The notes under the pieces: generated by a model
The model's input: the letters and a program-made list of their open reading frames with translations, nothing else
What the model was told of the DNA's origin: nothing
Databases searched by the model: none
Program-made: the position numbers and the translations under genes
Virus record (IMG/VR): IMGVR_UViG_3300044991_001618
Span: 1-64,000 of that record
Source: a virus
Reading direction: 5' to 3' (one strand)
DNA: 64,000 bases
Shown: piece by piece, positions 29,146 to 39,267 of the stretch
Numbering within the stretch: the stretch's first letter is position 1
Layout: every line of letters begins with the position of its first letter

Positions 29146-30930
29146 ATGCAATCTGAAAAAAATTTAGTAGAAGAAGCACTAATTCAAATGAAACAAATTG
29201 AAGATGTGCTTGCAGAAAACGCAAAAGGAATACTTGCTTCAACAATGAAGGAAGAAATCGAAGAATTAGTTAAAGAATCTTTAAATGAGCAAGCAGATAT
29301 TGAAGATGATGAAACTGATTTAGATATGGAAGATGATATGGATATGGAAGATGATATGGATATGGAGGATGATATGGAAGATGATATGGAAGATGATATG
29401 GATATGGAAGATGATATGGATATGGAAGATGATATGGATATGGAAGATGATATGGATATGGAGGATGATGTTATTGATATGAGGGGAGCATCACAAAGTG
29501 AACTTTTAAAAGTATTTAAAGCAATGGATGATGAAGATGGTATAATTATATCAAAAGATGGTAATGATATCTCATTAACTGATGATGGTGATGAATATTT
29601 AATAAGACTAGGAGAACAAATAGAAGATTTTGATTCAGATATGGGGAAAGGTAAACAATATTCACGTATGGTTCGTCATCTTAGTAATCAAATGGATGAT
29701 GGTGATGATGATTTAGAGGATGATTATATCAAGTCAAGTTATGGTGATGAAGAAGATGATGCTCAAGAATATGGTATGAGATATTTTAATGACGACGATG
29801 AAGAAGGTGATTTTGAACCTTTTGATGACGAAAACGAAGATATTGATGTGGACTATGCTATGAGCAAAAGACTTGGTTTGAAATATTTTAATGACAACAA
29901 AGAAGAAGATGATGATATGGAAGATGATATGGAGTTAGAAGAAGATGATACGCAATCAACAATTGATAAAATTTTTGAAAAAGCAAATAAACATAGCAAT
30001 GTTATTTATGAAATAGAAATGGAAGACGAAGAAGAGTTTGATGTAGAAGATGATGGTTATGAGATGGAAGATGAGGATTATGAAATGGAAGATGATGATT
30101 ATGAAATGGAAGATGATGAAGATTTTGATTGTTCTAATTTTAGCACTTCAGATTATTTAGCCAAAAATCCAAAAGCAACTATTTCTGATGTGTATGATTA
30201 CTTGAAAGAAAAAGGTTGTTTAAATGGTGGCGATGGTAATGTTGGAGAGAATTATAATTATTTAGGTGAGGCTAAAAAGACTTCCAAATTTAAGTACAAG
30301 ATGGCTAAAAACGGTTTTAATGAAAAAATGAAAGAGGGTCCTAAAAAAATGGGAACAGGTAAAGCCAAATTTAACTATGACAAATCCGCAGCAAATGTTG
30401 ATGGGAAAATGAAAAAAGTTACAACTGGTAAAAAACAAGAAACCAAAGAAGCATCAAGAACTTACGGAATGGGAAGTAAAGCAGGTAGAGGTCTTAGAAA
30501 AGGCGTAACACCAAATAGAAATTTACATTTAGAGGCTCTGGAAAACCAAGTTTCTGAATTAAAACAAACAAATAATGATTATAAAAAATCATTAAACATT
30601 TTTAGAGAGAAACTAAATGATGTTGCAGTTTTCAATGCTAATTTAGCATATGCAACAAGATTGTTTACTGAACACTCAACTACTAAAAAAGAAAAAATAA
30701 ACATTTTAAGACGATTTGATAATATTCAGACATTACAAGAATCTAAAAACTTGTATTCTGCTATTAACAATGAATTATCAAAAGATTCAAATTCGTCTTT
30801 AAATGAGTCTGTTAACCGTAAGATTTCAAATGTTGCGTCAACAGGTTCATCAGCTAACTTAATTGAATCAAAAACTTATGAAAATCCTCAATTTTTGAGG
30901 ATGAAGGATTTGATGGGTAAATTAGGTTAA
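29146..30930 (+). CDS. prohead core scaffold protein (gp22-like)
   Basis: Highly acidic, coiled-coil C-terminus, immediately upstream of the major capsid gene. Confidence 0.8.
   Translation: MQSEKNLVEEALIQMKQIEDVLAENAKGILASTMKEEIEELVKESLNEQADIEDDETDLDMEDDMDMEDDMDMEDDMEDDMEDDMDMEDDMDMEDDMDMEDDMDMEDDVIDMRGASQSELLKVFKAMDDEDGIIISKDGNDISLTDDGDEYLIRLGEQIEDFDSDMGKGKQYSRMVRHLSNQMDDGDDDLEDDYIKSSYGDEEDDAQEYGMRYFNDDDEEGDFEPFDDENEDIDVDYAMSKRLGLKYFNDNKEEDDDMEDDMELEEDDTQSTIDKIFEKANKHSNVIYEIEMEDEEEFDVEDDGYEMEDEDYEMEDDDYEMEDDEDFDCSNFSTSDYLAKNPKATISDVYDYLKEKGCLNGGDGNVGENYNYLGEAKKTSKFKYKMAKNGFNEKMKEGPKKMGTGKAKFNYDKSAANVDGKMKKVTTGKKQETKEASRTYGMGSKAGRGLRKGVTPNRNLHLEALENQVSELKQTNNDYKKSLNIFREKLNDVAVFNANLAYATRLFTEHSTTKKEKINILRRFDNIQTLQESKNLYSAINNELSKDSNSSLNESVNRKISNVASTGSSANLIESKTYENPQFLRMKDLMGKLG
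29322..29469 (+). repeat. GATATGGA(A/G)GATGATATG tandem repeat encoding (DMEDDM)n
   Basis: Directly visible 18/12-bp units. Confidence 0.9.
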
Positions 30931-30955
30931 TAAATTAAATAAAAAAAAATAGAAA

Positions 30956-32746
30956 ATGGGAGCATTATTAGAATCAGGTCTTGTTGGTAATATTGGGTTG
31001 AAACACCTAAAAGTTATCAAAGAAGATACAATTAACAAATGGAATAAATTAGGATTCCTTGAAGGCTTAAAAGGTCATTTAAAAGAGAATGTTGCACAGT
31101 TATATGAAAACCAAGCATCATATCTTATTAACGAAGCGGCTAGTACATCTGATACTGGTGCGTTTGAAACAGTTGTTTTCCCAATCGTTAGGAGAGTATT
31201 CTCTAAATTATTGGCTAATGATATTGTATCTGTACAGGCAATGAATTTACCAATTGGTAAACTGTTCTTCTTTGTACCTCAAATCCAAGAAGCAAATTCT
31301 GGTGCACACTATTCACCATATGGTGCTCCAGGTGCAGCAGATACTCAAACACCAACTACTGGTTATGGTAGTGGAAAAAATTTATATGATAGATTTTATG
31401 AAGGTAATGAGCCAAGCTTAAACCCAGAAGGTCTTTATGATTATTCAAAAGGACAATATAGTGCAGTTACTGCAACAGGTACTACAGTTGTTTGGAGTGA
31501 TGGTTCATTAGTTACTTCAGGTTATTCAGCAGGTAATTATAGAAGAGTTATACTAGCTTTGACAGGTTTTGGATCTGATGGTGAAGGTAAATTAATTGGA
31601 CCTGATGGTCATCCAATGGATAATGAAAGTTTCTTGGCTGGTTTGACTGTTTATGCAAGTACATCAGCAGGTGGTGCATTCTCTGGTGTTACAACAGCAT
31701 CTGGACTTGGCAATCCATTATTGTTTAGAGTTGTTACACAGAAATATGCAAAAGGGCTTGTTCAATATGGTTCTGAGAATACAATAACTTTCCCTAGTAG
31801 TAGAACAGGAGGTGGATCATACAATGATTTATCAACACCTGCTGGTGTTGTTTATCTTGAAGTTGATTTACAAAGACCTGCAACAGTTGGTGCAGATTCA
31901 TTAGATGGTTACACAGGTTTCACAACATCAATTTCAGGTACAGCCGCAACTGACTTTACAGCAACTTATAGAATTTACAAGAGTTTAGAATTTGAAGATA
32001 AAATTGGTGAGGTTTCTTTTGATTTACAATCAGTTACTGTTTCAGTTACAGAAAGAAAGTTAAGAGCACAATGGTCACCAGAAATGGCACAAGACGTTGC
32101 TGCATTCCATAACATTGATGCTGAAGCAGAATTAACTGCTTTATTATCAGAGCAAATTGCAGCTGAGATTGATAGAGAAATTTTAAGAGACCTTAGAAAA
32201 GGTGCTGCTTGGAATTTACGTTGGGATTACAATGGTTGGAAGAGATTGGGTACAAACGCTATCCCTTACACACAGAAAGACTGGAATCAAACATTAATCA
32301 CAACTATTAACCAAGTATCAGCACAAATCCACAAATCAACATTGAGAGGTGGTGCAAACTGGATTGTTGTTTCTTCTGAAGTTAGTGCAATTTTTGATGA
32401 TTTGGAATACTTCCACGTATCAAATGCATCTCCTGACCAAGACCAATACAACATGGGTATTGAAAGAGTTGGTACATTAGCAGGTCGTTACCAAGTATAT
32501 CGTGACCCTTACTTCCCAGCAAACCAAGTGTTAATGGGACACAAAGGAACATCATTATTAGACACTGGTTATATCTATGCACCATATGTACCATTACAAT
32601 TAACACCAACAATGTATAATCCATTCAACTTTACACCAATTAAAGGTATAATGACAAGATATGCTAAAAAACTAGTTAACAACCGTTTCTACGGTAGAAT
32701 TACGGTTGATGGTGTTAGAACATTTGACTTACAAGAGTTAAGATAA
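30956..32746 (+). CDS. major capsid protein (T4 gp23-like)
   Basis: FPIVRRVF, VSVQAM, RKLRAQWSPEMAQD, DAEAEL, YAPYVPL, GIMTRY. Confidence 0.97.
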   Translation: MGALLESGLVGNIGLKHLKVIKEDTINKWNKLGFLEGLKGHLKENVAQLYENQASYLINEAASTSDTGAFETVVFPIVRRVFSKLLANDIVSVQAMNLPIGKLFFFVPQIQEANSGAHYSPYGAPGAADTQTPTTGYGSGKNLYDRFYEGNEPSLNPEGLYDYSKGQYSAVTATGTTVVWSDGSLVTSGYSAGNYRRVILALTGFGSDGEGKLIGPDGHPMDNESFLAGLTVYASTSAGGAFSGVTTASGLGNPLLFRVVTQKYAKGLVQYGSENTITFPSSRTGGGSYNDLSTPAGVVYLEVDLQRPATVGADSLDGYTGFTTSISGTAATDFTATYRIYKSLEFEDKIGEVSFDLQSVTVSVTERKLRAQWSPEMAQDVAAFHNIDAEAELTALLSEQIAAEIDREILRDLRKGAAWNLRWDYNGWKRLGTNAIPYTQKDWNQTLITTINQVSAQIHKSTLRGGANWIVVSSEVSAIFDDLEYFHVSNASPDQDQYNMGIERVGTLAGRYQVYRDPYFPANQVLMGHKGTSLLDTGYIYAPYVPLQLTPTMYNPFNFTPIKGIMTRYAKKLVNNRFYGRITVDGVRTFDLQELR

Positions 32747-32770
32747 TCAATTTTATATTGATATAATAGG

Positions 32771-32801
32771 AAGGGTTGCATTTTTTTGCAACCCTTTTTT
32801 T
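32771..32801 (+). terminator. terminator after the capsid gene
   Basis: AAGGGTTGCA-T-rich loop-TGCAACCCTT-TTTTT. Confidence 0.8.
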
Positions 32802-32830
32802 ATTTGCATATATTTATTAATAAAAATTTT

Positions 32831-33184
32831 ATGGAAAATAAGCCATCATTTTTTAATGAAGATTTAAGAGTTTGGTTTGGTGATAAGAAAAAACCAAAAG
32901 GTAGCAATCAACCCAAAGGTCCTTGGGTTAATATATGTAGAAAAGATTCAAATGGTAAGCACCCCCCCTGTGGCAGAGAATCTGATGATAAGGGTGCATA
33001 TCCTAAATGTAAGGCGGCTGGTGTTGCTAGTAAGATGAGTGATGCTGAAAAGAAGTCAGCTTGTACAAAGAAAAGAGCGGCTGAAAAAAAGAATCCAAAA
33101 TCTGGAACGGGCAATAAACCAACAATGGTTACAAAGGAAAGTTTAATAAGAATTATTGAAGAGTTTTTAATTCATAATCATTAG
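32831..33184 (+). CDS. small Cys/Lys-rich hypothetical protein
   Basis: EDLRVWF...WVNIC...CGR...YPKC; ATG at 32831 follows TATTTAT. Confidence 0.7.
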   Translation: MENKPSFFNEDLRVWFGDKKKPKGSNQPKGPWVNICRKDSNGKHPPCGRESDDKGAYPKCKAAGVASKMSDAEKKSACTKKRAAEKKNPKSGTGNKPTMVTKESLIRIIEEFLIHNH

Positions 33185-34091
33185 CATTAACTTCATTTAC
33201 TAAATGAACATAATCTAAATTAATAAATGAACAATTTCCTTGTCCAGAAACCCTTTGTGATAATATAAATAAAATATTATCATTTTGGGTGAAAAAAAGA
33301 TACAAGTAACCATTTTGTGTAAGTAAATCAACTATAACATTATTATTTGGTATTTCATCAAAAGAAGCAAATTTATATTGTATTTTTTTACCACTTTTTA
33401 TAATAAAATTCCTCTTGGGTATTATATTAAATTCTTTCCAAGCATAACCTAATTCAGTCATCCTAAATATTGCAATAAATTCATCTTTTGTTATTTCAGT
33501 TATTTGTTTTTTTGTTGTAAATTCAGTTTCAATAATTGCTTTGGCTTCATTTTTTTTAGTATTGTTACTAGGGAATAAAAAATTATAAAGAATAGTAGCA
33601 TGGTTTTTTAGATAATAAAAAGTAGGGTATTTTATGTTTGAGTCGCTACCCTTCATAAAAGATTTAGGGGATAACCCTTCAATTTCAGGGAATTTAAATA
33701 TAGGAATAATGCTATCATAATTTTTTGCATCAAATACTTCATCCTCCCCATTAATTTGAATTAAATAATCACCCTTTAGTGTTGTTTGGGGTTTCATATT
33801 TTTAAATTTTCCCATTAATTGTATAAATAATTTTTTTATTGTTTTTCTTTCCTCACCATAAGAAGTTTTTGAATCAATATTTATAAATTTATTTTTATCA
33901 ATAGTTTTTTTGGTTAAATCAGAAAACAAATCTGTTTTTTTGAATAGTTCAAAAATATAGTTTTCAAAGTCTGTACCTTTTTCTGAAGCTGATGTTTTTT
34001 TTAGTTTATTTGAAATTTCATCTGCTTGATTAGGAGTTATAAGAATTTTTATTTTGCTCATAATGTTTTTAAATTTATATGATATTATCAT
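33153..34091 (-). CDS. putative PD-(D/E)XK (restriction-like) nuclease
   Basis: GTDFENYI...GDYLI...FDAKNY motif arrangement. Confidence 0.5.
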   Translation of the reverse strand: MIISYKFKNIMSKIKILITPNQADEISNKLKKTSASEKGTDFENYIFELFKKTDLFSDLTKKTIDKNKFINIDSKTSYGEERKTIKKLFIQLMGKFKNMKPQTTLKGDYLIQINGEDEVFDAKNYDSIIPIFKFPEIEGLSPKSFMKGSDSNIKYPTFYYLKNHATILYNFLFPSNNTKKNEAKAIIETEFTTKKQITEITKDEFIAIFRMTELGYAWKEFNIIPKRNFIIKSGKKIQYKFASFDEIPNNNVIVDLLTQNGYLYLFFTQNDNILFILSQRVSGQGNCSFINLDYVHLVNEVNANDYELKTLQ

Positions 34092-34103
34092 ATCTTTGTT
34101 AAC

Positions 34104-34490
34104 CTAAAAGGCTTCAACCTTAATTAAAAAGTTTTCTTTTAGATAATTTGACAACTCATAAAAGGTATCAAATTTTGATTGCATCTTATCATCAAACCTG
34201 CTGATAATATCAATATGTGTTTGATGGTGATTAATAAAAAACTTGAAAAGTTCATATTCATAAATCATATGAATTTCTCTATCATATATAATGATAAAGA
34301 TATTCTCATCTTCAAGATAAATTAATCTTTCTGGCGATTTTGATGAATAAGCAAGTTTGGCATCTGGATTGTCCAGCATTTTAAAGATAATATTTTTACA
34401 CCTAACTTCATCCTCTGTTGGGTCAGTTAATGCCAAGATGTTTTCTTTAAATGAATTAACTAGGGGGGTCAACCAAGATTTAATGTTCAT
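34104..34490 (-). CDS. hypothetical protein
   Basis: 128-aa ORF with its own host-type promoter. Confidence 0.65.
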   Translation of the reverse strand: MNIKSWLTPLVNSFKENILALTDPTEDEVRCKNIIFKMLDNPDAKLAYSSKSPERLIYLEDENIFIIIYDREIHMIYEYELFKFFINHHQTHIDIISRFDDKMQSKFDTFYELSNYLKENFLIKVEAF

Positions 34491-34503
34491 AGTTTTTTTA
34501 TTA

Positions 34504-34535
34504 CAAATATACTACAAGTTGAATTAAATAGCAAA
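34504..34535 (-). promoter_or_regulatory. Bacteroidota-type primary-sigma promoter
   Basis: TTTG-N20-TATATTTG. Confidence 0.6.
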
Positions 34536-35090
34536 TTCTGTTTCATCCCAATCAGGATCCTCATTTAATATAATACCTTTAATATATCCAGGTTTAACCA
34601 TTTTTTTTAATTGATTTTCAGTGTATTTGGTTAATTTTGTGTAAGTTATGTTTATTCCATCATCAACTTTCAATCCTTTTGGTAATGATTGTAATTTGTA
34701 ACAATGATTTAAATATAATGTACCATTAACTTTTAATCCTTCTGGTAATGATTCAAGTTTTTCACAGCCATATAAATCCAAATCACCCCCAACTTTCAAT
34801 AGTTCTGGTAATGATTTTATATTTGAATGTTCTAAAGATAACTCGCCCCCAACTTCCAAGTCTTCTGGTAATGAAGTTATTTTTGAATAATCTAAATTCA
34901 AATTGCCACTAACTTTCAATCCTTCTGGTAATGAAGTTATTTTAAAATTTGATAAATCCAAATCATCATTAACAATTAAATCTTCTTTTGTTAATGGTGA
35001 ACCATTTGTTATTTTCCATAAAAATGGAATTTTTGTACCATCTAACTTTTCAATAAAATTAAATATATTCTTTAGTGTTTCTTTTTCCAT
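34524..35090 (-). CDS. LRR family protein, array 3
   Basis: Caps and repeats. Confidence 0.85.
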   Translation of the reverse strand: MEKETLKNIFNFIEKLDGTKIPFLWKITNGSPLTKEDLIVNDDLDLSNFKITSLPEGLKVSGNLNLDYSKITSLPEDLEVGGELSLEHSNIKSLPELLKVGGDLDLYGCEKLESLPEGLKVNGTLYLNHCYKLQSLPKGLKVDDGINITYTKLTKYTENQLKKMVKPGYIKGIILNEDPDWDETEFAI

Positions 35091-35494
35091 TATCTAATTA
35101 TATTATTTATATATCCAGGATTAACCATTTGCCTTAATTCCTCAGTTGAATATTTTGTTAATGGTGTATTTTTAATAAACAAACGACCCCAAACTTTCAA
35201 CCCTTTTGGTAATGATGTTATATTTGAATGTCCCAAATCCAAATCCTCCCCAACTTTTAATCCTTCTGGTAATGATTGTATATTTTTACAACCATATAAA
35301 CTTAAAATATCCTCAACGTTCAATCCATCTGGTAATGATTCAATATCTGTTTCTGTTAAATCCAAATCCCCTTCAACAAATAACTCTTCATCTGTTAATG
35401 GTTCATTATTCATTAATTTCCACATAAATGGTTTATCCTTATTTTCTTCTTCTTCAAGGAATGTAAATATCTTTTTTAGTGTTTCTTTTTCCAT
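35090..35494 (-). CDS. LRR family protein, array 3
   Basis: Caps and repeats; TAATG overlap. Confidence 0.85.
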   Translation of the reverse strand: MEKETLKKIFTFLEEEENKDKPFMWKLMNNEPLTDEELFVEGDLDLTETDIESLPDGLNVEDILSLYGCKNIQSLPEGLKVGEDLDLGHSNITSLPKGLKVWGRLFIKNTPLTKYSTEELRQMVNPGYINNIIR

Positions 35495-36141
35495 TATCTT
35501 TCTATATTTCCAAGTATAAATCCTGGTTTAACCATTTTTCTTAATTCATTATCTGAAAATTTTGCTAACCCAGAGTCGTGAATGGCCAAATTACCATAAA
35601 CCTCCAACCCTTTTGGTAATGAAGTTAAATTTTTGCAACGCATTAAATCTAACAATCTATTAACTTTTAATCCTTTTGGTAAAAATCCTATCTCTGAATC
35701 CTCCAAAGATAATATACCAACTTCCATTCCTTCTGGTAATGATTCCAAATATGGGGTGGTATTTAAATTTAATTCACCTTCAATTTTTAATCCTTTTGGT
35801 AATGATTGTATTTGTGTATATGATAAATCCAAATCTAATTTAACTTTTAATCCTTTTGGTAATTTTCTTATTTCTGTATAATTTAAAACTAAATGCCCTC
35901 CAACTTCCAATCCTTCTGGTAATGATTTAATATCTGAATTTTGTAAAAACAAATCACCTTCAACTTTCAATCCTTCTGGCAATTCTTCTATCTCTAAATC
36001 TGATAAATTCAAATCACCTTTAACATGTAAATCATCTTCTGTGAATGGAAAACCATTTGACCATTTCCACCTAAGTGGCGTATTCCTATTATCCTTCTTT
36101 TCAAGGAAATTAAATATCTTCTTTAATGTTTCTTTTTCCAT
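35494..36141 (-). CDS. LRR family protein, array 3
   Basis: Caps and repeats. Confidence 0.85.
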   Translation of the reverse strand: MEKETLKKIFNFLEKKDNRNTPLRWKWSNGFPFTEDDLHVKGDLNLSDLEIEELPEGLKVEGDLFLQNSDIKSLPEGLEVGGHLVLNYTEIRKLPKGLKVKLDLDLSYTQIQSLPKGLKIEGELNLNTTPYLESLPEGMEVGILSLEDSEIGFLPKGLKVNRLLDLMRCKNLTSLPKGLEVYGNLAIHDSGLAKFSDNELRKMVKPGFILGNIER

Positions 36142-36605
36142 TATCTATATATATATCTATTTAAAAAACTAGGCTCAACCATTTTTATTAATTCATCATC
36201 TGAAAATTTTGCTAATGGTGTTCCACCAATAAACAAATTTTGCCCAACTTTCAATCCTTTTGGTAATGATGCTATTTCAGAGTAGGATAAATCCAAATCA
36301 ACCCCAACTTCTAATCCTTCTGGCATAGAAGTTATTCTTGTGTTTGATAAATCTAAATGTCTCCCAACTTTCAATCCTTTTGGTAATGATTTAATATCAG
36401 AAAATTGTAAATACAAGTCACCTTCAACATATAAATTATCTGGCAATGTTTCTATCCCTGAATCTGAAAAATCCAAATCACCTTTAATATGCAAATCATC
36501 TTCTGTTAATGGTTCACCACTTGACCATTTCCATAATAATGGTGCTCTTATTTCATCATTCTTTTCAAGAAATTTAAATATCTTCTTTAATGTTTCTTTT
36601 TCCAT
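36141..36605 (-). CDS. LRR family protein, array 3
   Basis: Caps and repeats. Confidence 0.85.
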   Translation of the reverse strand: MEKETLKKIFKFLEKNDEIRAPLLWKWSSGEPLTEDDLHIKGDLDFSDSGIETLPDNLYVEGDLYLQFSDIKSLPKGLKVGRHLDLSNTRITSMPEGLEVGVDLDLSYSEIASLPKGLKVGQNLFIGGTPLAKFSDDELIKMVEPSFLNRYIYR

Positions 36606-36608
36606 TAT

Positions 36609-37031
36609 CTATCCTTTCTTCCACTTTCCACCCAATTTCTTATACCTTTTTGCCGCAGCACCATTACAATATGCGCTTGGGCATACTTTATACCTAGACC
36701 TTGCCCAACTCAAACATTGACTCCATAACTTGGGATTTGTTGGTTTATTCTTTTTTTCCTTTGCTTCTGTTATGTTCTGGCTATCCCTATTTTCAAATTC
36801 ATTCATCATAAAATCAAAAACTTGATCCAAGTTTTCTTTTGCAACTGTCACATGGTCATCAGCCCAATCATGGCCATTGGTCAACAATTCATTAATTTCA
36901 TCAGGTTGAAATTCAAGCAATAATTCACATTGTCTTTTAATTTGTTTTAAGTTTCCAAAAAACATATAATTTTCTGTTGCTTGCTCATTTATTGCATTCT
37001 TAACAATTTTTTTAATTACTGGATGTATCAT
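36609..37031 (-). CDS. hypothetical protein with a C-terminal PSAY motif
   Basis: HDWADDH; KPTNPKLW...CPSAYCNG; preceded by TATTTAT. Confidence 0.7.
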   Translation of the reverse strand: MIHPVIKKIVKNAINEQATENYMFFGNLKQIKRQCELLLEFQPDEINELLTNGHDWADDHVTVAKENLDQVFDFMMNEFENRDSQNITEAKEKKNKPTNPKLWSQCLSWARSRYKVCPSAYCNGAAAKRYKKLGGKWKKG

Positions 37032-37170
37032 ATCTTATTTTTTATTATAAATATCATTATTCTTTATTTTGATTATGGCTCTCATATTTTGATTTTAAGG
37101 GACTTTTTGTTTTAGCCTATTACTATGTCATCTTTATTAAAATCTGCTGTTGTGGTTAAATTGTATGTGG

Positions 37171-37710
37171 TTATATCCTAATTATTCTACCTATACGCCC
37201 AGGTTTAACCATTTCTCTTAATTCAGCATCTGAAAATTTGTCTAAACTATCTCCAACACTCACGGCTAAATATCCATTAACTTCCAATCCTTTTGGTAAT
37301 CTTTTTATTGGTGTATCCATTATTGATAACCAAAGGTCAATTACTAGCCCTTCTGGTAATGAAGTTATTTTTGTATTATGCAAATACAAAGAAGCACCAA
37401 TTTTAATATCATTTGGTATGTTTTTTATAATTGAATGCGATAACTCCAGAGAACCATCAACTTTTAACCCTTTTGGTAATTCTTCTATTTTTGAAAATCT
37501 AGTAATCATTCTACCTTTAACTTCCAAATTATCTGGTAATGATTTTAAAGTTGAATCTGTTAAATCTAAATCACCATTAACAATTAAATCTTCTTTTGTT
37601 AGGGGATCACCAAGTTTTAATTTCCAAATAAAGGTATCTCTATCTTTATGTTTTTTGTTTTCTTTCTTTTCAAGGAAATCAAATATATTTTTTATTGCTT
37701 CTTTTTCCAT
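37171..37710 (-). CDS. LRR family protein, array 4
   Basis: Caps and repeats. Confidence 0.85.
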   Translation of the reverse strand: MEKEAIKNIFDFLEKKENKKHKDRDTFIWKLKLGDPLTKEDLIVNGDLDLTDSTLKSLPDNLEVKGRMITRFSKIEELPKGLKVDGSLELSHSIIKNIPNDIKIGASLYLHNTKITSLPEGLVIDLWLSIMDTPIKRLPKGLEVNGYLAVSVGDSLDKFSDAELREMVKPGRIGRIIRI

Positions 37711-38318
37711 TATCTAATTATTTGCTCCTTTATAAATCCAGGTTTAACCATATTTCTTAATTCTTCATCAGAAAATTTTACTAATGGTGATCCACTTATA
37801 ATTAAAATCCCCCTAACTTTCAACCCTTTTGGTAATGATGTTAAACTTGTGCAATTTTCTAAATACAAATCACGGCCAACTTCCAATCCTTCTGGCAAGG
37901 ATGTTAAACTTGTGCAATTTTCTAAATCTAAATTATGCGCAACTTTCAATCCTTTTGGTAAAGATATTAAATTTGTGGAATTTTCTAAATATAAAGACGC
38001 TCCAAGTTCTAATCCTCTTGGCAGTGAAATTAAATCTTCACAACCTTCTAAATCTAAACGACCCCCAACTTTTAAGTTATCAGGTAATGATTTAATAGAT
38101 GAATAATTTAAAATCAAATAACCACCAACTTTCAACCCATCTGGTAATGAGGTTATTTTTGAATATGATAAATCCAAATTACCTTTTACATTTAACTCTT
38201 CTTCTGTTATTGGTTCATCAAATTTTAATTTCCAAATAATGCTATCCCTATCTTTATGTTTTTTATTTTCTTTCTTTTCAAGGAAATCAAATATATTTTT
38301 TATTGCTTCTTTTTCCAT
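37710..38318 (-). CDS. LRR family protein, array 4
   Basis: Caps and repeats; first 25 aa identical to the 37171..37710 protein. Confidence 0.85.
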   Translation of the reverse strand: MEKEAIKNIFDFLEKKENKKHKDRDSIIWKLKFDEPITEEELNVKGNLDLSYSKITSLPDGLKVGGYLILNYSSIKSLPDNLKVGGRLDLEGCEDLISLPRGLELGASLYLENSTNLISLPKGLKVAHNLDLENCTSLTSLPEGLEVGRDLYLENCTSLTSLPKGLKVRGILIISGSPLVKFSDEELRNMVKPGFIKEQIIR

Positions 38319-38797
38319 TATCTAATTATTTTACCATTTATAAACCCATCTGGTTCAACCATTTCTCTTATTTTTTCATCTGAAAGTTTTGCTAATGGAG
38401 TTTTTACAATATGTAAATTACGTTCAACTTTTAAACCTTTTGATAATGTTTCTATATCTGAATATGTTAAATCTAAATCGCGACCAACATATAAATCACC
38501 TGGCAAGGATTTGAAACTTGTCCATTCAAAATTCAAATCACCCTCAACAAATAATTTTTCTGGGAATGTTTTTAAACTTGAGAACCGAAAATCAGCATTT
38601 CCTATAACTTTTAACCCTTTTGGTAAATGTTGTATATTTATGCCAGATATATCCAAATCGCCTCTAACAATTAAATCTTCTTTTGTTAATGGTTCATTAA
38701 ACATAAATTTCCACCTTAAAGTTCCTTTGTTTTTATGTTTTTTATTGTCTTCTTTTTCAAGAAAATCAAGTATATTTTTTAGTGTTTCTTTTTCCAT
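38318..38797 (-). CDS. LRR family protein, array 4
   Basis: Caps and repeats. Confidence 0.85.
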   Translation of the reverse strand: MEKETLKNILDFLEKEDNKKHKNKGTLRWKFMFNEPLTKEDLIVRGDLDISGINIQHLPKGLKVIGNADFRFSSLKTFPEKLFVEGDLNFEWTSFKSLPGDLYVGRDLDLTYSDIETLSKGLKVERNLHIVKTPLAKLSDEKIREMVEPDGFINGKIIR

Positions 38798-39267
38798 TAT
38801 CTAATTATATTTCCTTTAAATGAACCATTATTTAAATTTTTATTTCTTCTTATTTCAGCATCTGTATATTTTTTGGCAAGGAAGGATTCTCCTATATATA
38901 AATTACCACCAACATATAAATTTTTTGGGATTTCTTCTATATCTGAATGTCTAAAATACAAATCACCCCCAACATATAAATTGTCTGGTAATGATTCTAT
39001 ATTTGTATGGGATAAGTTAAAACTATCCTTAACATATAACCCTTCTGGTAATGAGTTTATTTCTGATCCCAACAACCACAATTTACCTTCAACTCTCATC
39101 CCATTAGGTAATGAGGTTATAGTTGTAAATTCCAAATTTAAATTGCCTTTTATATTTAAATCCTCTTTTGTTAGTTCATTATTTACCCATTTCCATAAAA
39201 ATGGTGTTTTGATATCATCATTTTCTTCAAGGAAATCAAATATTCTTTTTAATGTTTCTTTTTCCAT
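38797..39267 (-). CDS. LRR family protein, array 4
   Basis: Caps and repeats; variant C-cap EIRRNKNLNNGSFKGNIIR. Confidence 0.85.
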   Translation of the reverse strand: MEKETLKRIFDFLEENDDIKTPFLWKWVNNELTKEDLNIKGNLNLEFTTITSLPNGMRVEGKLWLLGSEINSLPEGLYVKDSFNLSHTNIESLPDNLYVGGDLYFRHSDIEEIPKNLYVGGNLYIGESFLAKKYTDAEIRRNKNLNNGSFKGNIIR

